64,000 nucleotides of DNA from Rickettsiales bacterium (GCA_040507985.1 JBEVNR010000057.1:14128-78127); one strand, 5' to 3'. Positions 44,401-45,814 are shown, counted from the stretch's first letter. Notes: a model not told the origin generated them from the sequence alone. Numbers and translations: made by a program.

Positions 44401-45814
44401 CCTGCCCCTCTTCGCCGGGAGGACAATCGCGCGTGACGGTTTGGCCGCCGGTGCAAGACGCGCCGCCGTAATCCAACCGGCAACTATTCGCCACCGGCAC
44501 CACCACGTCGTCGCCGCCGCCGGTGCACATATAGGTGACGCGTCCGCTATAGCCGCTCGGGCAATTATTCCTCTCGGTCGTCTCCCATATTTTTAACCCG
44601 CCGTTGCAGGTAACGGGAGAACATTTATTAACGCTCGCGCCCACCCAATACCATTGCGAGGCGGAGACATCCGTGCAGGTTTGCGAGACGTATCCCTCTT
44701 CGCCCCAGCGGCACGCGCGGTAGCGTAGTTTCGGATCGCCCGCCGGATCGGGCACGCAGCGATACACGGCGCCGGCGGCGGAACCGTCGACGATTTTGCA
44801 ATCGGTGTCGAAATCGTCCAATCCGTCCGGATCGGGCTTGTTCGCCCACACGCCGTAGTCGGAACAATATTGCGCGTTATAGGCGCCGACGAAATCGTTT
44901 ATGCATTCTAAACTGCGTTCGTCGCCCGGCGCCTTGCCGCCGTAGCACGTGGCTTGCTCGCAGGCTTTGTGGGTTTCTTGCCACATCAATTCGCCGTTAT
45001 CGTCTTGCTTGCAGGTTTCGTACACGGCGCCGCGATAGCCGGCGGGGCACCCTTTGGTTTCGTCCGACACCTCGCGCACCGCTCCCAGCTCGGAGCAGCG
45101 GCCGGAATATTCCGATCCCTCGCCGCCCATGGCCGACGCGCCTTCCGCGGACAAGAATGCCAGCACGCAATTCGGCTTGTCGTCGGACGCGTTATACGCA
45201 TTGCCCGACGCCAGGCATTTCCCCCCGCCCGACCCGTCGAAGGCCCGCACGCGCCCGGTCTTGGGCAAACCGTCGTCCATGCGTTCGTCCATGAGCTTGG
45301 CGTCTTCCGGGGAAATTATCCCGACGCCGTCGTCATTTGAGGTAAACCCCGCGAAGGCGAAGCCGAACGCCTCCTTCGGCGCGTTCGCTATATTATAAAG
45401 TACGCGGAACCCGCTGCCTGCGATGCTGCCGGCCGGCACGCCCTTGCCGGGAACGTAACGGCTCGTGCCGTCCGCGTCTTCTTCGATGAGTCCGGCGGCG
45501 CGCAAATGCAACCAGAATTGCAGCGCCTCGCCTTCGGTATCGATGGCGCCGTTGCCGTTGCCCGGCGTAAGCGTGGCGCCTTTGGGCGCGGAAAAAGGCG
45601 GAGAGGAGGCGTTGAACGCCATGTCGCCGGGAAGCGCGTTGTAAATGCTGCGGAAATCCTGCGCGGCCTTGGTGTATTTCGCCGCTTGCTTCACGATCGA
45701 GCCGCGGCGCGACTTATCGACGAGCGACATGCCGCCGGCGACCATGACGCTCAGCGCCGCCACCGCCCCCAGCACGGCCGCCATCTCGATTAAGCTAAAG
45801 CCCGTCCGCCGCAT
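8492..45814 (-). CDS. Giant modular pilin-like protein (12,440 aa): prepilin-type signal and pilin domain, 8 four-Cys CCP/Sushi-like modules, about 47 tandem LamG/ConA-like modules
   Basis: A single open frame of 12,440 codons runs from ATG 45814 to TAA 8492-8494. All other frames across the span are fragmented. N-terminus MRRTGFSLIEMAAVLGAVAALSVMVAGG. Periodic conserved motifs recur throughout (see the sub-features). Confidence 0.9.
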   Translation of the reverse strand: MRRTGFSLIEMAAVLGAVAALSVMVAGGMSLVDKSRRGSIVKQAAKYTKAAQDFRSIYNALPGDMAFNASSPPFSAPKGATLTPGNGNGAIDTEGEALQFWLHLRAAGLIEEDADGTSRYVPGKGVPAGSIAGSGFRVLYNIANAPKEAFGFAFAGFTSNDDGVGIISPEDAKLMDERMDDGLPKTGRVRAFDGSGGGKCLASGNAYNASDDKPNCVLAFLSAEGASAMGGEGSEYSGRCSELGAVREVSDETKGCPAGYRGAVYETCKQDDNGELMWQETHKACEQATCYGGKAPGDERSLECINDFVGAYNAQYCSDYGVWANKPDPDGLDDFDTDCKIVDGSAAGAVYRCVPDPAGDPKLRYRACRWGEEGYVSQTCTDVSASQWYWVGASVNKCSPVTCNGGLKIWETTERNNCPSGYSGRVTYMCTGGGDDVVVPVANSCRLDYGGASCTGGQTVTRDCPPGEEGQATLLCVDNGNVSPYWTVKRDTCKPVSCGEYALGEMRAIVTENCPGAKDGVMYEVCALDDVDKPVWKVSEKNCSKSICKTVTLNHIIWPNAEADGSSHEASGCEKHFTPAGSTPTAVCGKDGEWVWPENGSCVRKTCSRAELENKPWNMTIYGGPFEAGDGVAYEVKAECKTGYQYAGSDPQSKIHLRCDDGNWTKADSEAATDLASLCKGAGLRGPGDVTDGIVNWSNAVDTQYKPLFTDENITTEAGDGDNVGYWRDASNKGNPLYGFGAPEADTGAINGREAVYFDGVHDYFRFNADATTIDGLSLKATKGGRYSVFVVAKPAAGSNGTLLAKGRAAAATAAPFRLFMDSTANAASPLGLRFTTTVNNYAHPDTNGKPLIYSVSWNGTAPHVFLSGKRQAVNNVSLVAVNEDVPIYVGTWGNSTLKSDYYNGHIGEIALYNRFVSDDERLKIEADMGNRWGISVAVEKDQGPAGISDGLVVWYDAKDITGDGKTALAAGMKLGQGADLWKDKSVNARHLSSPSAAASPSVAKAGNNAVVRFNGTANILQNATVPNQDDWHYYVVAAGTASPNAALCCAGPLSKGSNIQLSWNSTLGAAFTPGAAYARGGAQNWNVQGFGAVKAGQMYVFEASFGGSVSGDFETYLNGMPVGEGDDNSAPYASSKPFALGGFTEGNPASPYWAGDIAEVAVYDRVLTINEQTTLQQYFAERWDVTPLDEEPCPNGECAGLQLWLDASQSGSLSSSADCATAATEGDKVLCWKDRSANGRSATTTSAHAAKMVKYYGHIGADFGGNDYYTVAGATSQNLFGSAGFTALSVFKIAQANAGAAYISGNAPIFADQAGNIGLTIKTGPEVFAGFTEESSGSDKIVKKAVSDNRVHVAALYYDGGDAKKLYLSVDGGTPVSTGADAPDRQSVPLWIGGGIGPKQYEGNIFEIILYNSFLSANSINGIQDKLASKWNVALNGDGSGGGHTCYTASNSPLVPTDNLAVWLDATDPTCDGKTAYNDGAKLASNLGWKNKGRYAMTLKGTDETAPTYVASAVNTKPAMRFSGQGQYLAGANLSGVPMAAAFVVMTPAATVTPFSAAAQVLDPNYGALGSGLALGNAVSGMSREVASYSDAAGAGYHSAYTGRAAEMAVEPMLLSLKYDAGYKIYRNGVRVDNATDGAAVMGAIGEFYLGGSAQKSNFFSGDIAETLIFSVAPDAAQTAAINTYLATKWGIAVSNDSCVSDGSVPISGLALWLDASDPGCNGQAGYMADGASVTAASPWRDRSGNGRHAGQATASAQPKYDAHAVGGISPAVTFDGNDSLEILAFNALAAKDGYSVVMAAKIASDAADSLISLRDASAPTKIGMLLDTQTGRASFHHHSPLTAGTAGADLAQSQVGGFSYGNFAVYSASRSVASNYQTMRVNGGYVGKKAPIAKPALPAASVATDLLIGRSPAGTASLSGAIAELLVYDRELSSASLASLERQLSGKWGIALDNGCAASGNVDKTGLALWLDAADPACDGVTAWPDGAKVGTGGYLWRDKSGAATVYNGYSYDAGAPSYALASPLNALPAVSFSGNEYIMTDYRPGSPFTAFVVARTPATYANHYGLFGAVDSATDGVSGLFSPSGDLVLQAGDANATGKNLATETNQNGVFRLVMDGSKATASWNGVEGASATYHPAAKTDDYMVIGASSSSGVPVKNYKGMIGEILFYDRALSVTDVAAVERYLSTKWKLVVRSACVEDGAAKPTDMALWLDASDPNCDGATTPANGGAITLWRDKSANVFMATDADAACDPPSYIYGAAGGKAVVRFDGSNDCLTLGKYYPYINTGDGGMTAFVVLRSATTTQKPALDFGARYSGGWGLDFAPSSLRFYAVEASGSGQTASELGLEQNAFAVLSYAVTFGDSQKLSVSGADPIVAKAAPTALDAAKISEAPARATAGAGPFTVGALSGALTAGQYFKGDVAEIRLYKRAFAANERRDVEMDLANKWGAALNRPCAIDKTLNHDKLELWLDALDPACDGATRWPSQSETGVGAYEWRDKSDDRNRLTQSASNRRPTYVTAKINRKPAVYFDGGDGLYGKSNVIPGDATAYSIFTVIAPDASKAQTGQLFGHYAENSGQTAHQFGMNADFTLFYDETTPAGGALVSAGKVRATPDAHIAEFTRNGSARAIYIDGATDRSDNAAEQYAGAKPQRLAIGYDPSNGGFAKGFAGYMAETIVYSRALDDAARRAVETYLADKWGVFVGCADDSAAPSAGLALWLDAADPSCTGKITIANNDKIGIWRDKSGNKNHASATDAAAPVFSYVAGVGLLKFDGVDDRMTTRSAVNVRTAFIVHNTAPGATSVLLDFRAGAANALWGRGGDGTAAVYADNRGAFWVTTPRTDGLDGLPSFRGDALDISTLTAAGAMGTGIANIGAANDGSLPTRSDVAEILVYETALADSAKKSMETYLAKKWKTTLQSACTNKAASVASGLKLWLDAKDAHCDDGKTAPTDGSGLRVWRDKSGSGNVAYQVVASQRPTYKKTATTLGNGSAIGFNNNYLRIKRSGLGISNAFTLMAVISRDNSGSIVGGGDNGFRWHTESNSATCAGASATNNRQWLLVNDGAGTPAFTRHCDTQDVGLQTPSILTTTFDGATRQAIFYVNGKAGATVTGSETSVQSPSDDALIGAGQHNANYYNGAVGEIMAYNRVLTPTELRSVWASAGEKWNVPVACVADVSLTVRPASVKLWLDAKDPACSGAGWTESHPVGMAGYVWRDKSASAFTASALATASMPVYNPKGLNALPSVKFDGTDDRLTLGANYLTSASGGVTLAVALAPSAARQSASNDRLAFAFGYEGAGQVWGLGASGGSGYLLSPTASGGKEDYFPLPASKGEGAFVVARINFGVTQSVHVGGTQMMQDGITLPKLTLAEIAEAAAPGATAGPVAIGGPSSSGGAASRYFAGDVQEIIAYDVALSDAEIAALTAYETAKWNLPTYGACRSDASAPQNGLALWLDASDVDCQGGALSGGANIGSAKNMWRDKSGHTPGAVNGDGARPTLSSTVTQNNKKLVTLDGTDDFLEFTDLYDLTDKTLLMAAKFTVGGNKQGLFARRSSASSGNETILLPGAPASLFLFTAAGGSDTTLDIAAPAADMGFFGVYAVTVTADRAVSVYRNGGAHASGALAGPLRVERFGIGYDPGPYYLNAALGEMLIYDHALDSTERGAAETYLSLKWKVALSCVSDQTLTYKNGISLWLDAADPLCDGATRYKNGDVVPAWMDKSGNNRHAYAVTAPKYATGVANNMPAVTFSSASLQSLEIATAFAPRDIFLVGSQNARDSAGAFMGGRTDANFRLWERTKTERLQLLATASVAAPADGMHIYRVSQAAGGALSAYADGESFGVQTPSQALLNDSFYIGQRKGAGADAYLDGYIAEIIAYAAPAVDADAANVGAYLSKKWGASYQPAPTCKPDAALAYQTGLNLWLDGADPDCDGTAGLSSASSVKSWIWRDKSAAKSFAVQYRRPAYKADARNGKGAFVFSASGSHFAAPSLPVTGGDMFVVASFANSGESGTLLSTGDEYFFYKQSDARLYGKANGSTAYVAPPSDVDYHVYRLKTGTPSKIFVDGAQQAQTGAGFNAQSGNLWRIGAQKDAYYADAAIAEILSYGAPLADVDAATVQTYLSGKWFTGGACASDSSLAPAGLVLWLDANDPLCSGNAKAYPNNASVPLWKDKSGQAHDAAPQFGKGKPTLAWNAGYNGRSMMYFDAANNSALQTANILRNDFTAFIAFKPLAASASGVYPNQNGGLLSADAASGLRFNVSYGGQKLYFGVNDVFISSVFGVETTRMATLRRQGAILQLFAEGLQKQWVGNAASGALNAADGMSIGSVRTANASYQGHIGEIVAYDSALANDKRNAVESYLAKKWNVDAPDFGACTSDSNPGGITGMSGLQLWLDAADPQCKGATKKYADNEKTWFWYDKSGAARHMGAVAENTRPVYKKSGINGREAFYFDHSHMTAPKGLDADFTLFAIIYPDAGSASGGPASTDNGGLISMDIASGRDFTFAFGGGALRFGIYNAPAAVELSAATPAGAPYLVAAKRSGATVSLYNSGNLTATNAAAPTGWMESNQFSVGAVPTNGNAYKGYIGEILAYNVPLSDTDRGRIESYLGKKWGISGFCADNVGIPSAKMELWLDATDPTSACAESSSPTAPLAQWNDKSGKGRAATAPLPANAPTRTLNTLNGKAALVFDGVDDYLSGTYNVTLTGGKATIFVVADLLDLTKDGAGVFILTKAAPATGLWGGYAETTGINVAIDPAANKNFSFLAKNRVNSLDAPDRVAAYALRLKATEAELFVDGTKKLGDVGYVGATVTPGAYFLGRYDNAYNTIQLGEAILYSDALSDTDLTTVSTYLANKWHIKKTATTCAGNIPFPYPAGLKLWLDAKDPYCTGEAAVNGASVSVWNDKSGSGASLPVRGGAKMATSGALGAISFDGVDDVAGHRAGAVGSVDLKVADSSLLTLFVTAKTAEETATPGTMLRLYGQGAQAPNPLPVQSLEFGVATSHLLRYDVSGSARTLGAYTTDAMRIYNLTAKNSEIKLYVDGNQRVYGDQSPANIASVRRIMIGASPDSANGLSNERYFKGNIGDVIVYSAVIAENERQFVEDYLATKWGIPIDRTCSYNDMSLPTVNRILWLDAADADCKGTLTTASSVGTWKDKTTNMIHAGANNAIRWQSKAQNGLPMAELQAGDFFDVGADKFLNVSNLTGFIVAAPSVGESAQTMLSASFAEGEGALGLSLFKQNVAFGVTTGAASKEDTAGKTALYSFVWNNTADTLQLGINASGDMATTPYNLSAVTLNKGLRIGAKSDGSAPFSGRIGEIVLYGRTMSADERRGAERALSAKWGLAAAVCVSEDDALPYKAGLQLWLDAGDPMCGDASAYANGESATLWLDKSGYDRYASSPLTATAPLFTANAQNALPVMRFDGNKRMQGKGAFGFASRDMTLMVATAVVDRAKDNAYVFSLDKQGGASVSSEPNFLGLGNAVADNTLRLHGAGYGLDATAATPTDFTIWTARLASNMATLYKNGAQITQDAYAGTAFAPDTYSIAAARDNDWGRVDVGEIVLFDHAVTATERAVNEAYLGHKWGVGVACGPITQPLPYQTGNILWLDAEDPLCIGKENQYGGDTTVAIWRDKSGKGNDAAISASGYRPIYRLNRQNEKPAVDFDGTDDRLRMPDMPELLGNANYYIFAVANADTIRSQSLLNLTSTTNLYGSNVHFMSSATNWRHNWYGNDQNTPVVFTAGETFLYAATWNGTTRTTRFNGVATGSGTPSVAHNGLQNGLNAIGETFSGSGYWDGAVEEVSVYAGTTLTAANVKSVESYLATKWGIAKALRVFNACASSFSSGPGGVSGGLALWLDAADPFCQGTGAQYASGEAVRLWRDKSSKGYDATQPLNGSWPVYAPTPGIHALPVLDFDGTNGYLSLPDMPELLGNNSYAIFAVAQPDALRRQALLSIGTPSINNVFIENTLNDAAGAWRHGWGGTGAYIDVATQENTIATTAPFLYGAVWNNASGKLSVRFEGKKITEIAPSPHNGQQSGINSVGRALHTTGERWDGKIGEIVVYGNTNLSDVNIATVENYLAVKWGISAQSVCTSSADPGNTGKTAGLRLWLDANDPYCLGEATRYADGGAVSLWRDKSRSSHHAYQSTALLMPVYRQSGMNALPAVEFDGADDYVNLPVISALNGNNAYNIFLVVKTDVVATKNFIALGEPSNRSYLSLEFSNANLRQAWWGADLDVSAAAAGVSAGVPFLATLTWDGAIRTTRINGAVKAQDAPGARNMSNTNVDAIGRMLHTSGYTFDGMMAEMLVYADTSMDAATVPAIEAYLAQKWGIATAAACVPSSGSGVTGGLQLWLDATDPTCYGGKLSDGVELASWKDKSGNNNHAGQTVAAAKPVYKTTSGFGASLPSVVFAGGDYMAAADSVGLSLSQDMTGFIVLSVSNLDRPAYLLSKGADNAYNWRINSLLGTGATGGSGVQRLFFKDAGAASYSYVSPKPNVDKPVMLSVALDMGNAGTGNTASFYENGKLTKTHNFVSTAIKDTNDALWVGAGNPAAGDPNYLKAEVGEILLYNTALTGTQIATVHDYLSKKWKISSDATSACASSSDPGATGVTDGLQLWLDAEDPYCQGKAAQYANGAAVYLWRDRSGKGNNAGQSTAALQPTYATNWRFGKPAMNFDGTDDNLALPDIAALAGNAKYYVFGIGYARAPAAKNGFAMLGASGQANKGNGHWYNGTNQLWNHDWQGTALSPNAASYMGVGAFMFAGAWDGAARTVRMNGRQVASDAPPAHNTLQNGNNRIGVYNDGANRYWNGMIAEVLVYAGSTLTAKNVSAIESYLAGKWDLGGYLCPEIPTNYAPSNDLALWLDAGDMDANCKTDAALYAETDVSAWKDKSGSGYNAVADGTVWAINASAPTPGAKSPPSVGRKVIAGKNVVTFDRANNENLSLLNPVAPANHPLMPNGNNSYTMLAVMQTERYAEQYLLASSEYGVAGATAPNVFSLYRSLTGAVENLWETSVDGAINAYPLMKPYKVARSIPYALSFRYDKNADGRMVRVNGEEIGSAFDTTSRNGNASQYIWIGAGVHRNENGDLLETFNFDGHIAEMLYYRSALSTVDLKEVENYLISKWALLSSCDASTNPPVKIAGANLKMWLDADDVNGDCTPDGNIPNQDVVVWVDKSGKGNHASWGVAPSIDGVKVNNRNAVTFNAASGEYFRMQDKTIPLGNDPYTVAAILTYKALPGTGDRFLMSGGTGGGRFGVGLGDDFTAKIGVGATFTSTDWGSVMPDMAQMLVARYDSGARTIRINRKQEIGASTSTSATGGNNQIGRDGAAASAYFNGSIAEMLVYNAALSSAQYGQIYDLEEYLNKKWNIVSVCSEKSLANVSGLTLWLDADDIDADCVPDDATPAGAADAWQDKSGNNADAWGAAKPNVVKNTVQGNDGSMRNIVSFDGINDYLGIRKSVFPKYNDNYTLFAAFSTNLQDGATQQFIYGQEKGGLNTHGYLLSGVDASLMRHYNTNGTEQRLKTGANLFPQTMRVLTVRGSAATTNMYVDGEERTLVSSSAARAQDAASRMDSIGAARLVSTATACSGECYKGDVAEIILFNRRLGAGVGSDTASIQRYLQEKWGIYRDCALNSIPATKGTGLALWLDGDDLDGDCKSDSVAANGQKLSVWRDKSGHYRHAYHLTDARRPYVEATDVGRETRNGHNAVKFVASEQNWLHIPDETVPVGNSPFTIFAVFREATNTSAQTLVSGGNAASLGSYTALELAHAGVRGDLTLYGFSGGPISMGTDSVSPFMLYAASVVYDPALGRAILFNADAAMLAPDGVKNHAATGIDNRIGAKGGNSSWMDGEAGEVIIYGSPLSQGDVIVVQRYLLEKWGIDQKQNDASPKEGDATGDSDGNDCLADDSIPQTHLTFRISANDLACQGVRHPLADGAAVALWKDRSGWARDVYASDSSRRPTFKRNILNGRPIVRFNGTSNKLGVNVEGRKIFGANGDMTFFALANYASPAHEGKIFTWGDEEGEPAYMGITALSGGGSLFFDVGNATSGNGRLAFVPAGGFADNWHFYTAQRDGANMRLRIDGADVASGGATSVPSFNYYERDLAIGSDGPHYYKGDVAEIILYDAALSDEGIQAVEGQISGNWGVGMSCAHDAALDGLTTPPDMWMDADDPFCAGRTSQYTQGQTAQYWYDKSSARRKLTASGAPAYDKRDHGVRSVIKMAANDFYDGPTLVSDLGGTDSGAAFVVFRKPDATARYISGALNGNGSFYMLGAANGATDMGALNVAAGALPLSVSVAKTTAGTNAGYHIATAFLHAPNNRAGLRVDGVTERLGAANFSSYDFANAAFRIGGASGATNGAGSVLYVGEAILTAKPVSADDIETVESYLATKWGIARPQDVACSPGAGPAASVTGANAPALWLDANDVYCNGASSYGDGQRVSLWRDKSGKNYHARQKTDGFAPIYAVSDGFNRRGVVFDGTDDRLSVPAVTELAGNAPYSIFAVARLDDVSAARGMLALPDSSTNNHANAHLFDGATHNWANSWKGNDLLVPQQTFMVHAFPMALQQETFLYEASWDGTTRKIYKNGLWRAADAPAQSRASSASDAFMLGSAGGVYWRGAVHEVIAYNRAYNDADARALNLALAKKWNIVEAIKILADCVPDSIPGMESRAADMALWLDGKDVYCTGDKFALPGGGAGTIINPFLIWRDKSGKGYDVYPQPGSIKNNVFSSNKIPYVSNVEPGATFEQAALWHHGGAFGAGGELSFYMAIAPIAYDGAVAAEKKGFATFLSADNASIFSLTAKTANAGAWTLAHTGDTSLQSSAALETLGALGVYGGYISSSKHEMGFASYQEGAIKAGGDRGGRMKWTGAGAGVSNLSNVMLGYGGGTWNVKEFVAYNAATTAEEEATVVTYLRDKYDIPGPARTCASSSNPMIVGVDATPALWLDAADPLCQNNALYEDGAVPYRWADKSKNNYHADIVYGAPIFKKNIQNALPVMRFDGVDDGLTGYASWRFPDKKMTIVVALAAGDAAGHSDAVFTLDDRASTASPFSDPSLIYFGRGGTSDQNVGLLSNNQDINVSSAADVSFGVWRAEIDGAQAFVAKNGVVTSRDASYLADLISPNAYYVGHVRGGQNFGRADVGEILLYDSALSPTQAWAAEKYLAQKWGVASPINAACSSSTLPGGATLSRAPALWYDAEDPLCQGTGTKYTDGEKIFLWRDKSGHNAALSQTDVAVMPEYRTNYMNALPAIRFTSDAMKRADTFGGGLADMYIFAALRENVAADNKFISFDGAPSAAEAGLYLQAAGSTNPMWKWVTSGAPTLSMPAGTTSVGGISIVRAYYSSSNLKAKIVVNGTKAAETTKTSGNLSTKGGAYVGYGSSDQDIGELIVYDGAITSSDAQTLETYLATKWGTSSSLGACAPYVAPAGVASVPTFWLDASDPLCSGVAAQYSESAAVGLWRDKSGKANDAAQSQASKKPVYAGQGLATGKPAMRFDGTDDYLTLPDMAAFTGNSSYAFFVVAQPEVIAQQTLLGVGKSAVGVNSFTSHEMSPANNAWKYNWGAGGATIDISKFSVSTPFIYAARWDAARTLQTLRLNGATEYEATAPAFAGEQNGGNQIGHFTPSPGSYWNGKIAEIIAYGNATLSDANMTSVENYLAAKWGLGAYGACSGAGNPGGTNVTSGLTFWLDAADPLCTGTGQPYADGAAVALWKDKSGKANNATQTTAAYKPAYRKTAVNSLSAIDFDGTDDVLAMADMSEFSGNNAYALFFVAQPDVLKQQMLFVIGKSGTNDAYEGTAMVDSSGTWIDAWWGSNDRSVTQSVSKIAANAPFIYSAVWNPLTSVRKFRFNGMLAMETNSGTHALQYGEANGFGKVRSNYGGWDGKIAEAIGYGNATLGDADVIKVERYLAAKWGISVPLACTSGSNPGNTGVTAGLALWLDAADSYCMGSGTQYANNASVGLWRDKSGKESNGVQFVDAYKPKYIQTGLNGLPTMDFDGTDDYIGFPNLPELLGNNSYAIFMVAQTDALRRQSIISIGTPNITNAYIENTISSASGDWRNSWWGGDLDVSQADSALAANKAFIYGALWDNVNALRVLRFDGVTRAEASFSAHAGQQSGINSIGRALQTSGEKWDGKISEAIVYGNVVLSDPDVVKIGRYLADKWAISAFPAVCTSSADPKITGATNLLSLWLDASDPLCRGSASQYANGAAISLWRDKSGNGRDARQSTASYKPTNVSGWRNGLSSVYFTTNANRMNVPAVKSLGGNANYYVFALTEVNAIAGYQQKLLDFGKWTNRSSNSHFLNSSNQWAHDWFGTTQNTSTASIAANQPFIYLATWNGTTRDTRFNGVVRNQDTPGARNQYFDGFGYIGQRAGADQSWIGHIGEIMVYGGTTLTEANINAVTAYLANKWGISIDASAYPCTSSPNPGATGVTTGLKLWYDAADVYCQGGYTPYANAGAVNLWRDKSGNASNATQNTAANKPTYDTSDASLPALIKFDGTDDYLSVPSMPSMTGNAPYAAFMVMSASSLGAASGTVVSLSDTTSAQYMSQSLTPINSWNQSWGGGQQLTRVTPSVNQLFLVSSVWNGSELLVKKNGETKKWLSPSAPNFSPGTRNMIGAMPDPGNASAILYPWKGAIAEALAYVGTTQTHAERIALEKYLMNKWKITIPKEGAACASSSDPGGAGATAGLKLWLDAEDPYCQKAASRYASGASVALWRDKSGNGNDAVQDNPAAWPTYDVTNLPGARAGMNFDGSSDDVILRNFSSLVGNAPYAVFGVAATDDVSKASQHLISIMQNNAQLLTSGNIWKQDWSGAPSNQTVAAGVTQGQLFLVSALWDGSARKLKINGALKGQDAPGAPSFTQNGSNRIGGNAAGSNYWDGIEAELLVYGGSVPNDTQITALENYLMTKWGITSGGGAGGGNPGNLGVTSGLQLWLDANDPKAQGAANQYADAERVSVWRDKSGYVRDAVTTYDAPVYKKNTQNGLPVMYFNGADAGSAMAVQAPISLPQREMTLFFAMAPKDLQSDWRALFTLDNTNSAYSNVYQDPNAFVFGVSDVDGQLFTERDNYDMVGLVAADVNFSVWSMRAQAGALKMFRSGVKVAEDAYVNASAVTSNVVTIGYERDGSMAKADFGEIILYNRALSDGEMRSVEQYLGNKWGTAAYVACASNAGPGGSGVTSGLKLWLDANDPYCQGSSAQYANGSTVNTWRDKSGRGYDAVLDGGTPSYVTNAQNGLPVVRFDGVDDAMSGFGALTFTNREATIFIAADNKDSVTDWDGIFATDRSAPSTATLALQPAGLNFAVYSTDGKAQLLMDQGDINALADIPTGLAVWRLALKSGVASLYRNGALAGQDNFANTSTVTPDKYYVSHVRGANFGRNDFAEILLYEGALSAANVNVLESYLQAKWFAKDNRTAACASTADPGATGVVAGLTVWLDANDPYCQGASVQYADGAAVDLWRDKSGNVYNATLKNGSPTYKKNMENGLPVIRFDGVDDAMSGNMAFSLTGREATIFLASRNYDSASDSDAIFAFDKKASSYSYVAQEPAGLSFLVGQTDGTFSVAMDNGDVNMSGALAAGMAVWRLQLAAGKAQVYRNKNLIAQDPFANNSTIAPDVYYISHVRNNYWGQNDVGEVLLYKGALNATQSKSVENYLGQKWGAFVVPPAQGACTSSSNPGGTGVTTGLKLWLDGSDTLCGASPAYADGAAVTIWRDKSGQGNDAAQWDSASPRPLYVASWTNGKGAMNFDGTDDALDLPEMTALEGANVYAVFMAAQADVTRAQGLLAFHHAQQSGKSNVLALASGTSGYEWRNSWWSDGTNAPVSVAPTSPFIISATYDGFNRSVRVNGAKLAEESVGTRNGQAGGRFSVGGVDGYSNWDGKIGEVLAYAGTSLTGTQIASLESYLRTKYAIAAYDMTTAPCMSAASPSVSGVTQTPAVWLDADDPLCLGTLANYSDAEAAGIWRDKSRNGNDAVQSTANYRPLYVKSYLSGKSAMVFDGANDYMGLPNVAAFNGAGRYALFAVATAETARAQGLLNLGRTDVDMAGNFIAMRSATLIENSWKGSYSAGALGFSTSQPFVVSAYYDGNMRRIRTNGITRMADSPPARSGQANGSNAVGAAGALAGYATWSGAVGEILAYGDQNVTLAQMTAMEDYLGVKWGITIVRNPETSECLSSSSPGGISGLPEVKLWLDASDPYCQGSLRYDQSVRPAIWRDKSGKGNDATQADPTLRPAYAGSGIGGLPALRFAYESGKARSLDVPDPFGASASELSVFVVTTENTRAPNNLIAFGDPARNIGLSLPYGGSYWSLYLDEQNYAESYANPSLPGGVGYRYGHASLDITGESAVRMNLSDSVGLPVVTHAYVSASSRFMGMTTLVRRSASSTVNQSVTKGLSSFPPLNTTFGMHIGGNASTASHDVAEAIIFENHVKGQSEAAIMGYLRGKYGL
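8495..43790 (-). repeat. Array of about 47 diverged tandem LamG/ConA-like (Laminin_G_3-type) modules, period 651-858 nt (mean about 750)
   Basis: The Trp codon of the module-initial LW(L/Y/M)DA motif lies, all in frame, at 43724, 42950, 42200, 41423, 40673, 39899, 39173, 38396, 37649, 36998, 36242, 35447, 34724, 34040, 33374, 32633, 31916, 31175, 30419, 29723, 29000, 28253, 27491, 26762, 25970, 25235, 24377, 23663, 22886, 22073 (degenerate, Arg), 21326, 20564, 19796, 18992, 18242, 17519, 16766, 16013, 15257, 14510, 13748, 13022, 12272, 11522, 10766, 10016 and 9263. Each module also has W.DKSG.., ..FDG.. and a terminal ..E..(V/L)Y...L....E.YL..KWG. Confidence 0.85.
43778..45097 (-). repeat. 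Eight tandem four-cysteine modules (CCP/Sushi/SCR-like spacing)
   Basis: Residues 240-679 contain 32 Cys in eight C..C..C..W..C units of about 45-75 aa. Several have GY after Cys2 and Trp before Cys4, e.g. CSRAEL..AECKTGYQYAGS..LRCDDGNWTKA..SLC. Confidence 0.6.
45155..45724 (-). other. Pilin-like globular region ending in a Cys200-X15-Cys216 loop (D-region-like)
   Basis: Residues about 31-220. ..GGGKCLASGNAYNASDDKPNCVLAF.. sits at the C-terminal end of a pilin-sized domain. The Cys200 codon was verified at 45215-45217. Confidence 0.6.
45725..45814 (-). other. Class III (prepilin-type) signal: leader MRRTG, predicted cleavage G|F, Glu+5, hydrophobic alpha1-N helix
   Basis: Residues 1-30 are MRRTG/FSLIEMAAVLGAVAALSVMVAGGMS. 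This matches the G/F(T/S)LIE consensus of type IV pilins and T2SS pseudopilins. Confidence 0.8.
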
